A stretch of 64,000 bases of DNA, from positions 28,026,001-28,090,000 of the forward strand of contig CM052818.1 of assembly GCA_028534125.1 (NCBI GenBank), read 5' to 3'. The DNA comes from Lama glama. Taxonomy: Eukaryota. Position 1 is the first letter of the stretch; the number at the start of each line of letters is the position of its first letter. A program made the position numbers and the translations under genes. Below the pieces are notes generated by a model that did no database searches, was not told where the DNA came from, and saw only the letters and a program-made list of their open reading frames with translations. This document shows, piece after piece, positions 13,615 through 27,154 of the stretch.

Positions 13615-14178
13615 GTGTATTAATAAATTATTTGACAATTTCTACGTAAAAGAACCACGAAACTTCAATGGAATACTAATTAATTAATTAATTAATTTCC
13701 AATTATTCAGATCAACTGGGAGTTTCTGGTAATCTGGTCCAGGCTTGATTTATTCTGTTTAGGCTCGTTTATACATCTGTGATCAGCTGGCAGGATAGCT
13801 GGCAGGGTAGGGGGTGGCTTGTATATGTTGGCTTTGAGCTCTGAAATTTTAGTGGCTATTGTCTAAGATCCAGATATGATCCACTGGATCATATGTTTTT
13901 TATCATCCAGTTGATTAGCCTGTTGTTCTCATAGTGGTTTGTCAGTTTTCCTAGAACACGAGGAGAAGCACATAAAATCTCTTAGGGACTAAACTTAGAA
14001 CTGGGAAATTGTCACTTCTGCCATATTTTATTGTCCAGAGATAATTACAGCGCCATATCAAATGGCATGGGTAGATAAATAGCCCCCACCTCTTAGCAGA
14101 AGGGCTATCAAGTTACATTATAATGTATGTGGACAAAGAAGGGGGGTAGTTAGGATCATATTTGCAATCAATTTACTT
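13615..14178 (-). mobile_element. MaLR solo LTR, MLT1H-like
   Basis: CTTAGAACTGGGAAATTGTCACTTCTGCCATATTTTATTG...AAATAGCCCCCACCTCTT...CATATTTGCAATCAATTTAC matches antisense MLT1H. Confidence 0.75.
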
Positions 14179-15159
14179 CTTGAACTTACCCCTATCTGAT
14201 GAACTTACACTCTGCTAACTAGACAGCTCTTATATGAGCTGATTCTCCTGTCTCGAGGAACCAACTCAGTCCTGCCAGCTGTTCTGGCATCTTCTCAGTC
14301 TAAAATATACTAAAGTCTTTTCCTGCTTATGTAGACTCTAGTATCGAAACTATACTGAGAAGGCCATTTGTATTGCTGACAACAGTTCCTTCAAATGACT
14401 TAATGGAAAATGGAATACTCTATTGCTCAGATTTTTCAGGTGAATCGAATTCTACCATGGGAATAATTCTCAATCCAGAGATTTAAATATCTATAATTCT
14501 TTTTACATTGTAGATGTTAATTTACATGACACAAAAACAGACCATTTTCATCAAAAGCATTGGTTATTCAATTAATACCTCTAATGAACACCAACAAAAA
14601 TTAGAAACTATCTGGCTATATAAACATCAGAAAAACACTGAAAGAGCAGACATGACTGAGCATGGTAATTACTATAATCCTGTTAATACACCTGGGTGAC
14701 TTAATAACCCCACCCTGTAATAAAGAAATTGCCAGCTGTGTTTAAGCTCTGTATTGGCTGAGAGAAGTTATGGATTGCTGTCTTTATAAATGCTTGGAGG
14801 TGTGATTGTGTCAGAGTTCCCAGAGCCCTGTCTTATTTTTGGAGGGAAAAGGGAGGTGTTAAACCACTCTATAAATAAAATTTGTTGGATTAGAGGAGGC
14901 TGAGTTCTAAGTTAAAGGGATAGGTCTATATCAGGAGCCAGGAGAAAAATCATGTATTGGTTAGTTCAGAGGATAGGTGTGTGCATAACTACATAAACAA
15001 AGAAAAAACATTATGTCGGAGCCAGAAGAGCAAACTGCAGGCCAGTAGTGGAAATATCAGAGTATCTAGTAAAGGGCATCAGCCATGTCTAAGAAGAAGG
15101 TAAAATGCCATCTGGCTGAAAGGCTTGTGGGAGGAAATGTGTAGGAGTACATGCAGAAA

Positions 15160-15610
15160 TATTCATTTATCAAGCACTTGACATGTGGCACAAACTCTAC
15201 TAGGTGCCATTGGGCATAAAGATGAATAATTATTCAAGGAGAGACAATTTATTGAAGAAGTCAGACACACTAACTACAAATCACCAGACAATGTGATAAG
15301 TTCCTACTGAAGAAAGAATAAATATTCATTGGGGGCATATATGAGAAAAAAATATTTTTGCTGGTGGGGTGCTTATATCTGAACTGCACAAATGGGTTTT
15401 TATCAGGTTGACAGAAAGATTATTTTAACTAGAGAGACATTAATCATCACAGAAGTGGAAGTGTAAAAAAATCCCAGTGAATTCCAGGAGCAGTGATTTC
15501 TCAGAAATAGTCTTTATGGTGTGGAGTACCAGAAATAAGTCTAAAAAGTAAGTTTATACAAGACTTTTAAATCCCTCAAGTAATTTGCTAGAAGATTTAA
15601 AAATATATAA
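15160..15610 (-). mobile_element. L2 LINE 3' fragment
   Basis: ATTCATTTATCAAGCACTTGACATGTGGCACAAACTCTACTAGGTGCC...AAAGATGAATAA. Confidence 0.6.
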
Positions 15611-15789
15611 AGCAGAGACATGTTTTTAGTATCCAGCAGAACTTCTTTGTTGAAAAAGATGCAGTTCCTTTAGATATAAATGTTACATTACTTGGATACT
15701 TGGAATTAAAAGCACTAAGATCATCTGACTCAAGTGAATAAGGCTGAGGTACAGGAAAAAATCAGCTCTGATGTTCTCCTTCTAGTATT

Positions 15790-16375
15790 GCTGAGATACC
15801 GCCTATCAGGCCAGACTTCCCACAGTTAACAGTTATAAATGCAGGGCAAAACATCGAAAGAAAAGAACTGTCTGAAGAATGAATAGAAGCTGGAAGATAA
15901 TGACTAGAAGTCAATACTTTGAAGAAGGCATTGCTACAATATGAATTTCTTATTTTCTTTGACTATTAAATAAAGGTGAATTCCAGTCTGTACCATTTCA
16001 GATGATGAAAAATCCAATAGAAAATCTGCAGTTTTACTGGCTTCAAGAATCAGAAGACAAGGTTTATTTAGGACAGCCACAGTACCTGGAAAGTTAAGAG
16101 GAAAATCCAAGAAAGAGAGTGAGAATGGTAGGGCTACAAATTCTGTGTATGAACTCTACCTTAGTCTTTTGATGACCCCTATACCATGTAGTATAAGGCA
16201 GCCTCCCATCAACTCAGCTATGGCTGAAAGAAATAAATTGAAATTTGAGCTGCTGCCTATCACAAGCAGACAGAGTTTTGCAATTTTGAGTACAGCAAGT
16301 TAACTGCCTACTTAAAAATCAGTGTCAAAATCAATACTCTTCAGTAGAAGATAAGAAAATCCAAATTTTCTACAG
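15790..16375 (+). mobile_element. Old L1 5' region (L1ME 5'-end-like)
   Basis: AAAATCCAATAGAAAATCTGCAGTTTTACTGGCTT...CAAATTCTGTGTATGAACTCT...CTCAGCTATGGCTGAAAGAA...TTTGAGCTGCTGCC resembles recalled L1MEf/g 5'-end consensus. Confidence 0.55.
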
Positions 16376-16384
16376 TAATTCGCT

Positions 16385-16720
16385 TGCTCATCAGCACTTG
16401 GTTATCAAATTAATTAATCATGTTTTACTTTAGCTATTCTAGAAGTTGCATAGTGACAACTCATTGTGACTAATATGCATTCCCCTGATAACTAGTGATG
16501 TTGAGCATCTTTTCATATGCCTATAGGCCTTCCATATGCCTCTCTTACTGAAGTATCTGTTATCTTTTGATGTTTAAAAAATAGTTACTTGTTTTGTGTG
16601 GTTTTAAGTGTTCTTATATATTCTCAATACAAGTCCTTTGTTGGAGATATGATTTTCAAATTACTTTTTTTTCCCCAGTCTATAGGTTGTCTTTTAATTC
16701 CCTTAATAGTATTTGTTGTT
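16385..16720 (-). mobile_element. L1 ORF2 3' fragment
   Basis: TGCATTCCCCTGATAACTAGTGATGTTGAGCATCTTTTCATATGCCTAT...ATACAAGTCCTTTGTTGGAGATATGA. Confidence 0.75.
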
Positions 16721-16724
16721 TTTG

Positions 16725-17215
16725 CCTTAAAGCAAAACCAGTCGTTTATTTAGCTGCCATAGCTGTAGGACTCAGTGAAAAGGGCTTGTGTCTGCTCTAC
16801 ACAGTGACAGCAGAGATGGCTTGACTGGGGACTGGTAGATCCATTTTTAGGTGACTCCCTCACATGGCTCAAGTGTTTCTTTTGATTGTGGGAAGCTTCA
16901 CAAAGGTTGAAGGACAGGGACCTTCGTTCTTTTCCGTTTGAGCCTCTCTGTAGGTTATTTGAACTTCCTCACAGAATGGTGGCTGGGTTCCATGAGCAAG
17001 TGTTCCAAGAAACAGGCAATTGGTGATGTAGTATTGTTTGTTTTATTGTTTGGCTTTTGTTTTTAAGTTGTGGGCCTGGAAATTGACAATGTGTCATTTC
17101 TGCTAGATTCTGTTGTTCAGTCAGTCACTGAGGTATTTGAGGGAAGGGGGCATAGACACTATACTGGACAGGAAGAGTATCAGTGAATTTTGTGGAATGT
17201 TTTAAAACTGCCACA
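16725..17215 (-). mobile_element. MaLR solo LTR, MLT1F/MLT1G-like
   Basis: CTTCCTCACAGAATGGTGGCTGGGTTCCATGAGCAAGTGTTCCAAGA...TGTGTCATTTCTGC; ends GTTTTAAAACTGCCACA, the LTR 5' terminus on the minus strand. Confidence 0.75.
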
Positions 17216-17399
17216 TTTTTCATTAATGGAAATAGTTTCATTCTTTTTACTTAGACATGTGTATTTGTCATAAAAGGTAAATAAATTCTTGGAATGCCAT
17301 ATATAAAGCTGTGCAAAGATATTGGCAAATAGAGGCTATTCCTAAATGAGTTGTAATTTTATAATAATAATAATGATAAAAATATATAGAAAATGGATG

Positions 17400-20300
17400 A
17401 TGGAAATGGTTAATGATCTTTGAAGCATACTGAATTCCATGTAGTCAGAGCGAAGGATATATTAATCAACTCTAGATATTTTTAGTTTGCATGTTAAAAA
17501 ATTAAAGGTAAATAAACACCAAAAGAAATTAAATGCATGATTATCAAAATAGTAGAGTAGAATAAATAAAACTTGAACTAAAACTGGATTGTTCTAAATG
17601 ATAAAAAGAAGAAATTAGTAACAATACACAACACAAAATATTTTAACAGAGATAAATCCACTGACATCAACACTTGAAGTTGTATGCACACAAATGAAAG
17701 CTGTCAAAGGAAATAAAATAAGTAACAGGTAAGCTATAAAAACTGCTGAGCTTGTACATCCCTACTGAATAGAATTTCAAATAGAAATATGTAGATCTGT
17801 AATCACAGTATAAACATTAACACAGCAACCTCTGTTATTAAAAAATAAAGAAGAAACATCAAGGGCCTAATAGAACAGATATCATTAGAGACATAAAGTG
17901 GTATGTAAACATAGATCCACTGATTAGAGAATGCATATGCTTTAAAATCTTTTGGACTATTTAGAGAAAATAATCATTTCTATGTCATGAAGCAATGAAG
18001 CAAATACAAACCTTAATAATTATTCGAGAATAAAATTTTCAGACTTCGTTCATTGATATCTGTAAATAAAAATATAATTTAATAATAAAAATTTAAAAAT
18101 CCCTGTGTAAACTTGACATTTAGAAATATATTTTTGCATTGTTTGTAGATCAAAAGTAATCTATGAAAGACATGAAATGTCTTTCATTTCTAAACTTATA
18201 CTATGTAAATAAAGGAGTATTTATAGAGTGCTACATTAAGAAGACTATATTCAGTATGTTGCCTTTGTAAACAGGTCAAAAGAGGAATAATTATTAATGT
18301 AGAAGAAGGAAACAAGTATAAGAGCAGAACATTTGCAAATAAAAAATACATGAACTGCTCATACAACTCAATAACAACAATAACAAAAAACAAAAAAATG
18401 GGCAGAATACCTAAATAGATATTTTTCCAAAGAAGACATACAAATGGCCAACAGACACATAAAAAGATGCTCAACATCACTAAGTATCAGAAAAATGCAA
18501 ATCAGAAGTACAATGAGGTATCACCTCACACTGATCAGAATGGCCATCATTAACAAACAATAAATGCTGGAGAGGGTGTGGAGAAAAGGGAACCCTCCTA
18601 CACTGATCGTGGGAGTGTAATTTGATGCAGCCACTATGGAAAACAATATAAAGATTCCTTTAAAAACTAAAACTAGTTAGTTATCATATGATCCAGCAAT
18701 CCACTCCTAGGCATATGTCCGGAGAAAACTCTGATTTGAAAAGATACATGCCCCACTGTGTTCATGGCAGCACTATGCCAAGACATGGAAGCAATCGAAA
18801 TGTCCATCAACAGATGAGTGGATAAAGATGATGATATCTATATCTATATCTATATTTATAATGGTATATTACTCAGCCATAATAAAGAATGAAATAATGC
18901 CATTTGCAGCAATATGGATGTACCTACAGATTATCATACTAAGTGAAGTAACTCAGGCAAAGACAAATATCATAAGATATCACTTAGTTGTGGAACCTAA
19001 AAAATGATACAAATGAGCTTATTTATAAAATAGACTCACAGACATAGAAAACAAATTTATGGTTACCAAGGGAGAAAGGAAATAGGAGAGGGATAAATTA
19101 AGAGACTAGGGTTTGCAGATGCAAACTACTGTATATAAAATAGATAAACAACAAGATCCTACTGTATAGCACAGGGAATTATATTCAATAACTTATAATA
19201 ACCTATAATGAAAAAGAATATGAAAAGAATGTATATATGTATAACTGTGTCACTGTACTGTACACTAAAAACTAACACTACATTGTAAATCAACTATAGT
19301 TCAATGAAAATAAAAATACACTTAAAAATACATGAACAGTAGAGAAGCCCAACAAAACTAAAAGTATGTTTTAAGAAGACTAATAAGTATATACATTTCT
19401 ATCAAGACTGATCAATAAGGAGAAAAGGAGAAAGACAGACAGTGAGGGAAGAAATAAATATTAGGTGAATAATACAATGTTGACTACAGATATAATAAAA
19501 ATTTAATTCTTATAAATAATTTTATGCTAATAAATTTGACACAAATAACAATTACACATACAAATAAAGTGGATATTGTTCTAGATAATGCAAAGACCCA
19601 AGGAGAAAGAAAAATTCTTATTGAATTTAACTAAAAATTACTGTAAATTGAATCAGTAGAGAGACACTCTTGTATAATCCTGATTATCAATACAGATGCA
19701 AAAATTCTAAATTAAATTTTAATCTACTGAAGCTAATCATTATTTTAAAATACATCCTGATGACATTGGCTTTATTCCAGGAATACAAAGCTGGTCTGAA
19801 ATTGGAGTATCCCTTAAGTAACTCCCCACATGAAAAGTTTAAAGTAGAATTTTCTTGTGATAATGTCAACAAATAAACATAAATGATTTGATAAAGTTCA
19901 ACAGTATTCAAAATTGATTATTTCCTAGGAAACCAGGAAATGTCAGAGGAATGTTAAGTGGTAAAGTTTAACTTAACTTGAAAATTCTTAGAGGAAAGTT
20001 GGATTGGCAGTAAACTCAGGAGAGAATACTCACTTCTCTAGTCAAAGAAATGTAGATTAAAATAAAAATGAGATTTGTTTGCACACTCCTCAGATAAGCA
20101 AAATGTGAATATCTAAAACTACCACATTCTACAGTACTTGTTAAAAAATGACTTGTTAGGTATGATGTGGTTGAGGACATGTTTATTCTTAAAACTACTT
20201 AGGAGAATAATATAATAATGTCTATTAAATCTTAAGAATATTTATTTATCCCAGTAATGCTGTTTTTAGATGTATGCTACGGACGTATGCACATACATGC

Positions 20301-20820
20301 ACAAGAAAACACAAAGTGAAAACTGAATCACTATTTGAAATAGTGAAAACATGGAAACCACACAACTGCAATACAAGTACACAAAACTTCATATAAGAAA
20401 GAGTAGTGAAGGGCAGGTGAAATAAACTTATTCAAGATGTTTAAACATGTGTTTATCTCAGAACCATTTTATTATATAAAATTGTTAAGTAGTAAGGAAC
20501 ATACACTGTGTGATACTTATTTATGTTTAAAAATACATCACACAAATGTTTCATAACAATACTACCAAATGAGTTAAAAGTCCAAAACAAACCACATGAT
20601 GATGTAGTACATCAGTCTTAGGATATTACTAATTTCTTGGGACTGATGGGTGTAAAGCAACGGTATGGGTCTTTATCAGAATCTCTAACATTGAATGTCT
20701 TTTTTTTTAAGGTAGCTGAAACACATATGACAAATTTGTAAACATTTGTTTATTTTCAGCATAGGTATATAACTATCATATTACTTCATATACATTTTTA
20801 TATTTAAATATTTAAAATAT
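17400..20820 (+). mobile_element. Old degraded L1 (L1ME-type) ORF2/3' region, interrupted by a younger L1
   Basis: A-rich sense L1 motifs, e.g. TATCAAGACTGATCAA, CAATACAGATGCAAAAATTCTAAA, TTTATTCCAGGAATACAAAGCTGGT, CAAAGAAATGTAGATTAAAA. Confidence 0.65.
18356..19323 (+). mobile_element. 5'-truncated L1 (laurasiatherian/artiodactyl type): ORF2 C-terminal region plus 3' UTR
   Basis: CCAAAGAAGACATACAAATGGCCAACAGACAC...GGAGAAAAGGGAACCCTCCTACACT...ACTGTATAGCACAGGGAA. 14-bp TSD AAAAATACATGAAC at 18342-18355 and 19324-19337. Confidence 0.93.
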
Positions 20821-21780
20821 AAAAGCTAATTGACTGAGAAGATAAAAATTTAATTAAAATATTTTTAAACATAGTGCTATGAAAATTGGGATGCATGAGG
20901 CATATATCCCAATACAACTGCAAAAGAGAGGGCTTTATCTGTTATATAAAAACTTCTGCCAATAAATACTACAGAAACACCTGGCTCCTATCTAATGACT
21001 TTTCATGGAGAAACAAATAAAAACAAATCACAATTGACAAAGAGAAAAATACAGAATAAGCTACGCTATCTCAGCTGCATGCATGGAGGTCTCAGAGGTG
21101 GGTTCTAGTAACAATAAAAAATAATAATATAAAATCATTATCTGAGATCTTAAGATAATGATCTTAGAGATTATGTTTTGTCTTTTTTGGAACTTACATA
21201 CACAAGCTCAGAATATGTTTTTACAAAAAAAAAGTGAAGTCTTTGGAAATAATCACTATAGCATTAAGCATGTAGTTTATTCTTTTAACATAAGATATAT
21301 GCAAAAATAGTGATAGAATTTCTGTGATACATTTTTACCTAGTGTTACAGTTAGTATTCAGAACATTATTAATATACATGCATATACACACATATATATA
21401 TATAATGATACAACTAAATTTTGGAATTGCCTGGTATGCAGATGCAAATTGCTAGAAAGTCAAACAGCTGTTAGTGAGAAATTAATATTTTATGTTTTTA
21501 TTCCATTCACAATAATGAGGGATAAAATAGCTTAATTGGATTTAAAATAAATGTATACCCCCCAAATCTATTAGAGTTTATCTGAAATATTAGTGATATG
21601 CCAATAACAATTAAACATTTGATCTCAATTGCATAACATTTTATTTTTCCATAATGCCTTTCCATACATTAATTTACATATTCTTCAAAATGACATTGTG
21701 ATATAACCAAAATAAATTAGTATTCCAATTTTGTAGATGAAATAACCATGGCCTAATTCCATAGATTAAATAATCAAGAA

Positions 21781-22365
21781 CACCTGCACCCCAATGTTCA
21801 TAGCAGCACTATTTACAATAGCCAAAACATGGAAACAGCCTAAATGTCCATCAACAGGTGACTGGATAAAGAAGAAGTGGTATATTTATACAGTGGAATA
21901 CTACTCAGCCTTAAAAACCGACAACATAATGCCATTTGCAGCAACATGGATGCTCCTGGAGAATGTCATTCTAAGTGAAGTAAGCCAGAAAGAGAAAAAA
22001 AATACCATATGAGATCACTCATATGTGGAATCTAAAAAACAAAAACAAAAACAAACAAACAAACAAAAACAAAGCGTAAATACAGGACAGAAGTAGACTC
22101 ATAGACAGAGAATACAGACTTGTGGTTGCCAGGGGGGTGGAGGGTGGAAAGGGATAGACTGGGATTTCAAAATTGTAGAATAGATGAACAAGATTATACT
22201 CTATAGCACAGGGAAATATACACAAAATGTTATGGTAGCTCACAGAGAAAAAAAATGTGACAATGAGTGTGTATATGTCCATGTACGACTGAAAAATTGT
22301 GCTGAACACTGGACTTTGACACAACATTGTAATATGATTATAAATCAATAAAAAATGTTTAAAAA
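21781..22365 (+). mobile_element. Young 5'-truncated L1 (camelid-like 3' UTR): end of ORF2, 3' UTR and A tail
   Basis: ORF 21794-22012 (MFIAALFTIAKTWKQPKCPSTGDWIKK...MPFAATWMLLE..ILSEVSQKEK) is the canonical L1 ORF2p C-terminus. AATAAA signal and A tail present. TSD AATCAAGAA at 21772-21780 and 22366-22374. Confidence 0.95.
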
Positions 22366-24284
22366 AATCAAGAAATCCTTAACTAAGGTGAAAGTTAAAA
22401 AGTGAAGGTTTCTGATTCCTAATAACACTACTTTATTTGACTTCTAGTTACTTTTCATCTAATTATATTATCTCATTCAAAACACAGTTTTAAAAAGTTA
22501 TTCCAGGTTTTTGTTTCATAAGCTTTATCTTTTGGCAAAAGCCCATGTAAACTAGGATGTATTACTAAGTCTTGGACATATAGGTATATCCTACAAAGTA
22601 TGAGCATATCCTGCCATCATGAATTATATAACTACAAGTACATTACACTGTAGACTTAAGAAATACAGTTCAAATAAGAAAATAATAACCTCTCTAATTA
22701 TTACGGATAATGATATCTCATATTTTGTACTTTGGAATTTAGTGTAAGTAAACTGTGTTTGAGAAAGTTGTTCCATTTTGTACAGAATACTTCTTAATAC
22801 ATAAAAAAAATTTCATTAAGAAAGCTACCCTGGGAAATGGGTTTTCCCATATTAAAATAGACTCTGTTCTTATCTAGAATTAATACTAAAAGATTATGAG
22901 TGGAAAAACTCATATAATCACGTAAATGATTTAGAAATCTTTTAAAGTCAAAAAAGTTTAAAGATTTTAATAAACAATATACAGAAATTTTGAATAATTC
23001 AGAAAAATTGTGATTGGTAACATACATAAAGTAGGATGTTGATTATAGCAAAAACCTGTAATAATTTTGATATCGAAGTCTTTTTAAAGTTGATGAAATT
23101 CATGTACTTAGCAAGTAATTTCTAGAATACGTAATCAGAGACTTTTAGATCTTAAAGGAATTTTAGAAGCCAGCTATTCAAAGCTTTCAGAAATGAGAAA
23201 ACTGCCTTCTAGACATAGTGATTTTGGCAAGGACATGTGACTAAATAATAGTAAAAATAGGATGATAATCCATGTCTTCCAGGACAATATTCATACTCAC
23301 ATATTTGTATAATGTGTGGGTAAATTTTTTACTAATGAAATCCTCCTTAAGTAGTTTGGTTTGAAATTCTGAAAAAAAAAATTACTGTGAAACCTCAGGG
23401 CATTATAAAACGGAGTAAAGTTCAGATCTAGAATTCCTGTTTCCAATGAAGTTTTATTCTTTGAAACCTGACAACTACAAGTATAATTTAATGAGACTTC
23501 TATTTAGAGAGAGCCACATTAGCCGTGCTTATAACAAAATCGTTCTCTGTTCTATTCAGTAACAGAAACTTTGCTTTAAATCTGAAAAACTACTAAAATG
23601 CACCTGCTGCTTTCTGCTCGAAATCTAAAGCACTTTGAACATTATAACTGATGACTTAAAGAAGTATTGATATTAATTAATGATTTTACCTAAAATGAAA
23701 AAAAATCAGAAGTATGAGATCAAACATTTTTTAAATTACTCTGATAATAATTTAAAAATCAAAAGAAAGAAGCATTAAATAGTACAGCCCAATGCATACA
23801 TGAAATGAACCAGAAATCTGATATAAGGTTTTTCTGGTACTGCTTGAAGTTAATAAAGGAGATATCTTGGTTTGAACTTCCTTGAGGAAATAGCTTCCTA
23901 ATCTGCAAAATGCTTATAATAAAATGAGATTCAGATGATGATGATGTACAGCCCTGCAAGAGCATAACATGTTGCAAGAGAATGTTTGTGTGAAACAGAG
24001 TATGGACCATTGTATTAGTAAAGAGATCTAAACAGCTAGATCTGTTTACTAAGAATGTAAGAGCAAGCACACTGTGAATCTATAGCAAAACTAATAAAAT
24101 TTGAGAAGCAGAAAAATAAATCAGATATTGCAAAATAAGTTATCGAGAATACAAATGGACCAAATGAATGATAGAAAGCATAAACACATGAAAATACCTT
24201 TCCTATGAAACATCCCTATGAAAGATTCCCAATGACCATAATTTGTCCTTTTAGTACAATATTTTTAGCAATCTTCGCAAGTTA

Positions 24285-24420
24285 CTTATGGCATTATTTT
24301 CCTCATTAACGATGAAGAAATGGATGCTTGGAATGTTTCAATAACTTGCCCCAAGTCATTCACCCAGCTACTAAGTATCAGTGTTGGTACTAGAACCCAG
24401 GTCTCTCTGCCTCTAACTAG
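24285..24420 (-). mobile_element. MIR SINE fragment
   Basis: GATGAAGAAATGGATGCTTGG...AATAACTTGCCCCAAGTCA...CAGCTACTAAGT...CTAGAACCCAGGTCT. Confidence 0.75.
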
Positions 24421-25441
24421 TTAACATCTCAGTTGTCATGTACAACTGCATGGCTTCTATGAGAACATATATTGTTGGAATATTAGCAAATATGTGACCA
24501 TTCTTCCCTACTTTTTACACATGATGAAAGAATGACTTTGCCCCATATGTAGTTTGAATTCTTACAGTTGTGCTCTGCTTCTATCTGTGTGCCAACTACT
24601 CCCAAATATTTAATACATTTCTAGTTTTCTCTTCAGCGTATTAGAATTCTGTACTCAGTTGCTTATCTGTTATCTTAACACCCATACAGTTGTTTCCTTC
24701 CCAATATACAAGTTATCTTTAATAATTCATGTGTGCTTATCATCCACATAAAAAATGTGCATTCTAATTTGAAAGTAAAACATGCCTACTTGTTTATTTC
24801 TCTTCATATCTTCACTTTAGTCCAATCCATGAGCTTCTGAAACAACCATCAACCAATCTCTTTGTCTTCATTTTCTCTCCTTATTTTTTGTTTTCCACAC
24901 AGCTGCCAGGTTGATTTCTTACATAGTGATACATATATAAATTATATATATACACACACACACATTTTTACAACTAACAATACAAACATAGAACACAATA
25001 CACAATACAAACATAGAACCAAAAGCTAAAACTCATCATTTGTTCTTATGAATGATCTCTCTTCTTCCCACAACTACTGATAGTAACTGGCATGGTTGTG
25101 AAATTTGTGTTCTGATCCTAGATACCTTATAGAACTCTCTTACAAATTCTTTACATCAAAATTGAGTACACTGGCTCTTGGAATAAAAAAATATGCCTTT
25201 TTGAAAACCACGTAAGTTTGGACGATTTATTACAAATAGGGCATCCTTCTCTTGTTCCCAACTTAATGAGAGTGCTTCAGAAGCTTCATTATTAGTGTGA
25301 TTTCATTATTAGTTTTTGGATGATTCCTTTACAAAACTAAGGAGTTGCTTTCTGTCCCTGGCTAGTTCAGTTTGATTAATGATTACAACTCTTAAAAGTC
25401 TTCCTTTTTTGTCTGTGATTTTATTGAAGGATACCACTGTC

Positions 25442-26545
25442 TTTTTTTTTTTCAATCTGTAGTTGATTTACAATGTTGTGTTATTTCTTGGTATACAACA
25501 TGTATATTCTTTTTCATATTCTTTTTCACTATAAGTTATTGGAAGTTATGGAATATAATTTCTTGTGCTATACAGTAGGACTTTGTTGTTCACTGTTCTC
25601 TATACAGTAGTTTCTATCTGCTACTCTCAAATCCCGGTTTATCCAATCCCCTTTCCCCTTTGGTAACCATAAGTTTGTTTTGATGTCTGTAAATCTGTTT
25701 CTGTTTTGTAAATAAGTTCATTTGTCTCATTGTTTTAGATTCTACATATAAGTGATATTGTATGATATTTGTCTTTGACTTACTTTACTTAGTATGATAA
25801 TCTCTAGGTCCACCTATGTTGCTGCAAATGGCATTATTTCATTCTTTTTATGGCTGAATATCCCATTATGTGTATATCCCATTGTGTGTGTGTGTATATA
25901 TACGCATACATACACATACATATACATACTACATCTTTATCCAGTCACCTGTTGATGAGCATTTAGGTTCCTTCAATGTGTTGGCTATTATAAATAGTGC
26001 TGCTGTGAACATTTGGGGTGCATATACATTTTTGAATTGGCGTTTTCTCCAGATATATGCCCAGGAGTGGGCTTGCTGGAACATATCATATCAAAAACGA
26101 AAAACTTCATTGTTAGTTTTTTTAAGGAACCTCTGTACTGTTTTCCATAGTGGCTGCACCAAATTACAATCCCACCAAAAGCGCAGGAGGGTTCCCTTTT
26201 ATCTACACCCTCTCTGTCTTTTGTGGACTTGTTAATGGTGGCATTATGATTGGTGTGAGGTGATACCTCATGGTAGTTTTAGTATGTATTTCTCTAATAA
26301 TTAGCAATATTGACATCTTTTCATGTGTCAGTTGGCTATCTGTATGTCTTCATTGGAGAAATATTTGTTTAGATCTTCTGCCCAGTTTTTGATTGGGTTA
26401 TTTGGTTTTATGTTACTGAGTTGTATGAGCTGGTTGTGTATTCTGGAAATCAAGCCCTTGTCAGTCATATCATTTGCAAATATTTTCTCCTAGTCCATAG
26501 GCTGTCTTTTTGTTTTGTTTATGGTATCTTTTATTTACAAAAGTT
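25442..26545 (-). mobile_element. 5'-truncated L1 3' end (same type as 18356-19323), inserted in older antisense L1 sequence (about 25200-27050)
   Basis: Poly-T, then GTAGTTGATTTACAATGTTGTGTTA...GTTGCTGCAAATGGCATTATTTCATTC...GGTGTGAGGTGATACCTCAT...CATTTGCAAATATTTTCTCC. Confidence 0.9.
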
Positions 26546-27154
26546 TAACTGAATCTGAGATAACATGGATTATGATAGAAGTACCTTGAAGAAGGAGTTT
26601 TTCAGTGGATATATTCCCAATGTGGTTAATACATTGAATTACAGTTAGATTTTTTAAAAATGTTACCTTCCCTTAATGTCAGAAATACACTCTGGTTGGT
26701 TAAAAGGTGTAATTATTCTAAGACTGCTAAATTTATTTGGTAATTCTTTACTTGGAATATTTATATTTATGTTCACAGGTTAGATTGTCTTACAGTTATT
26801 GTTTGTTTTACTTTGCTAATTTGGTTTTGTCTGAAGTTAGAGCTGGACTCTAAAAATAAGTTGTCATAATCGCCGTGTTTTCACTCTGTTCTGGAATGGG
26901 TAAACAAGGGATATACCTGGGTTTACTGTTTTAAGACTTTAAAAAAGTAGTCTAATTTATTGAACTTTTCCAAGAACCGAATTTCTTATGGATTAAATTT
27001 TCTGATTCCTTTTTGTCATCAATTTCTGTTATTTAATTTTTTTCAATGTTTTAATCATTTCTTATAACTTCTAAAATTGAAAGCAAGGGTTCTGTGACCC
27101 CCCCTCTGCCTTTTCAATATCTTTGGCTTAAAAAAAAATTTCTAAATTTTTTTT

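Noticed and set aside
13414..13623. F/L/S/P-rich ORFs that look like membrane peptides
   Set aside because: Translations of the TTTC/TTCC microsatellite.
21794..22012. 72-aa ORF with clear protein similarity
   Set aside because: It is the C-terminal fragment of L1 ORF2p in a 5'-truncated retrotransposon, not a host gene.
23800..23902. Possible minus-strand exon (TTTTGCAG| ... CAT|GTATGC) with open frames
   Set aside because: Weak donor, modest pyrimidine tract and unrecognised peptides.
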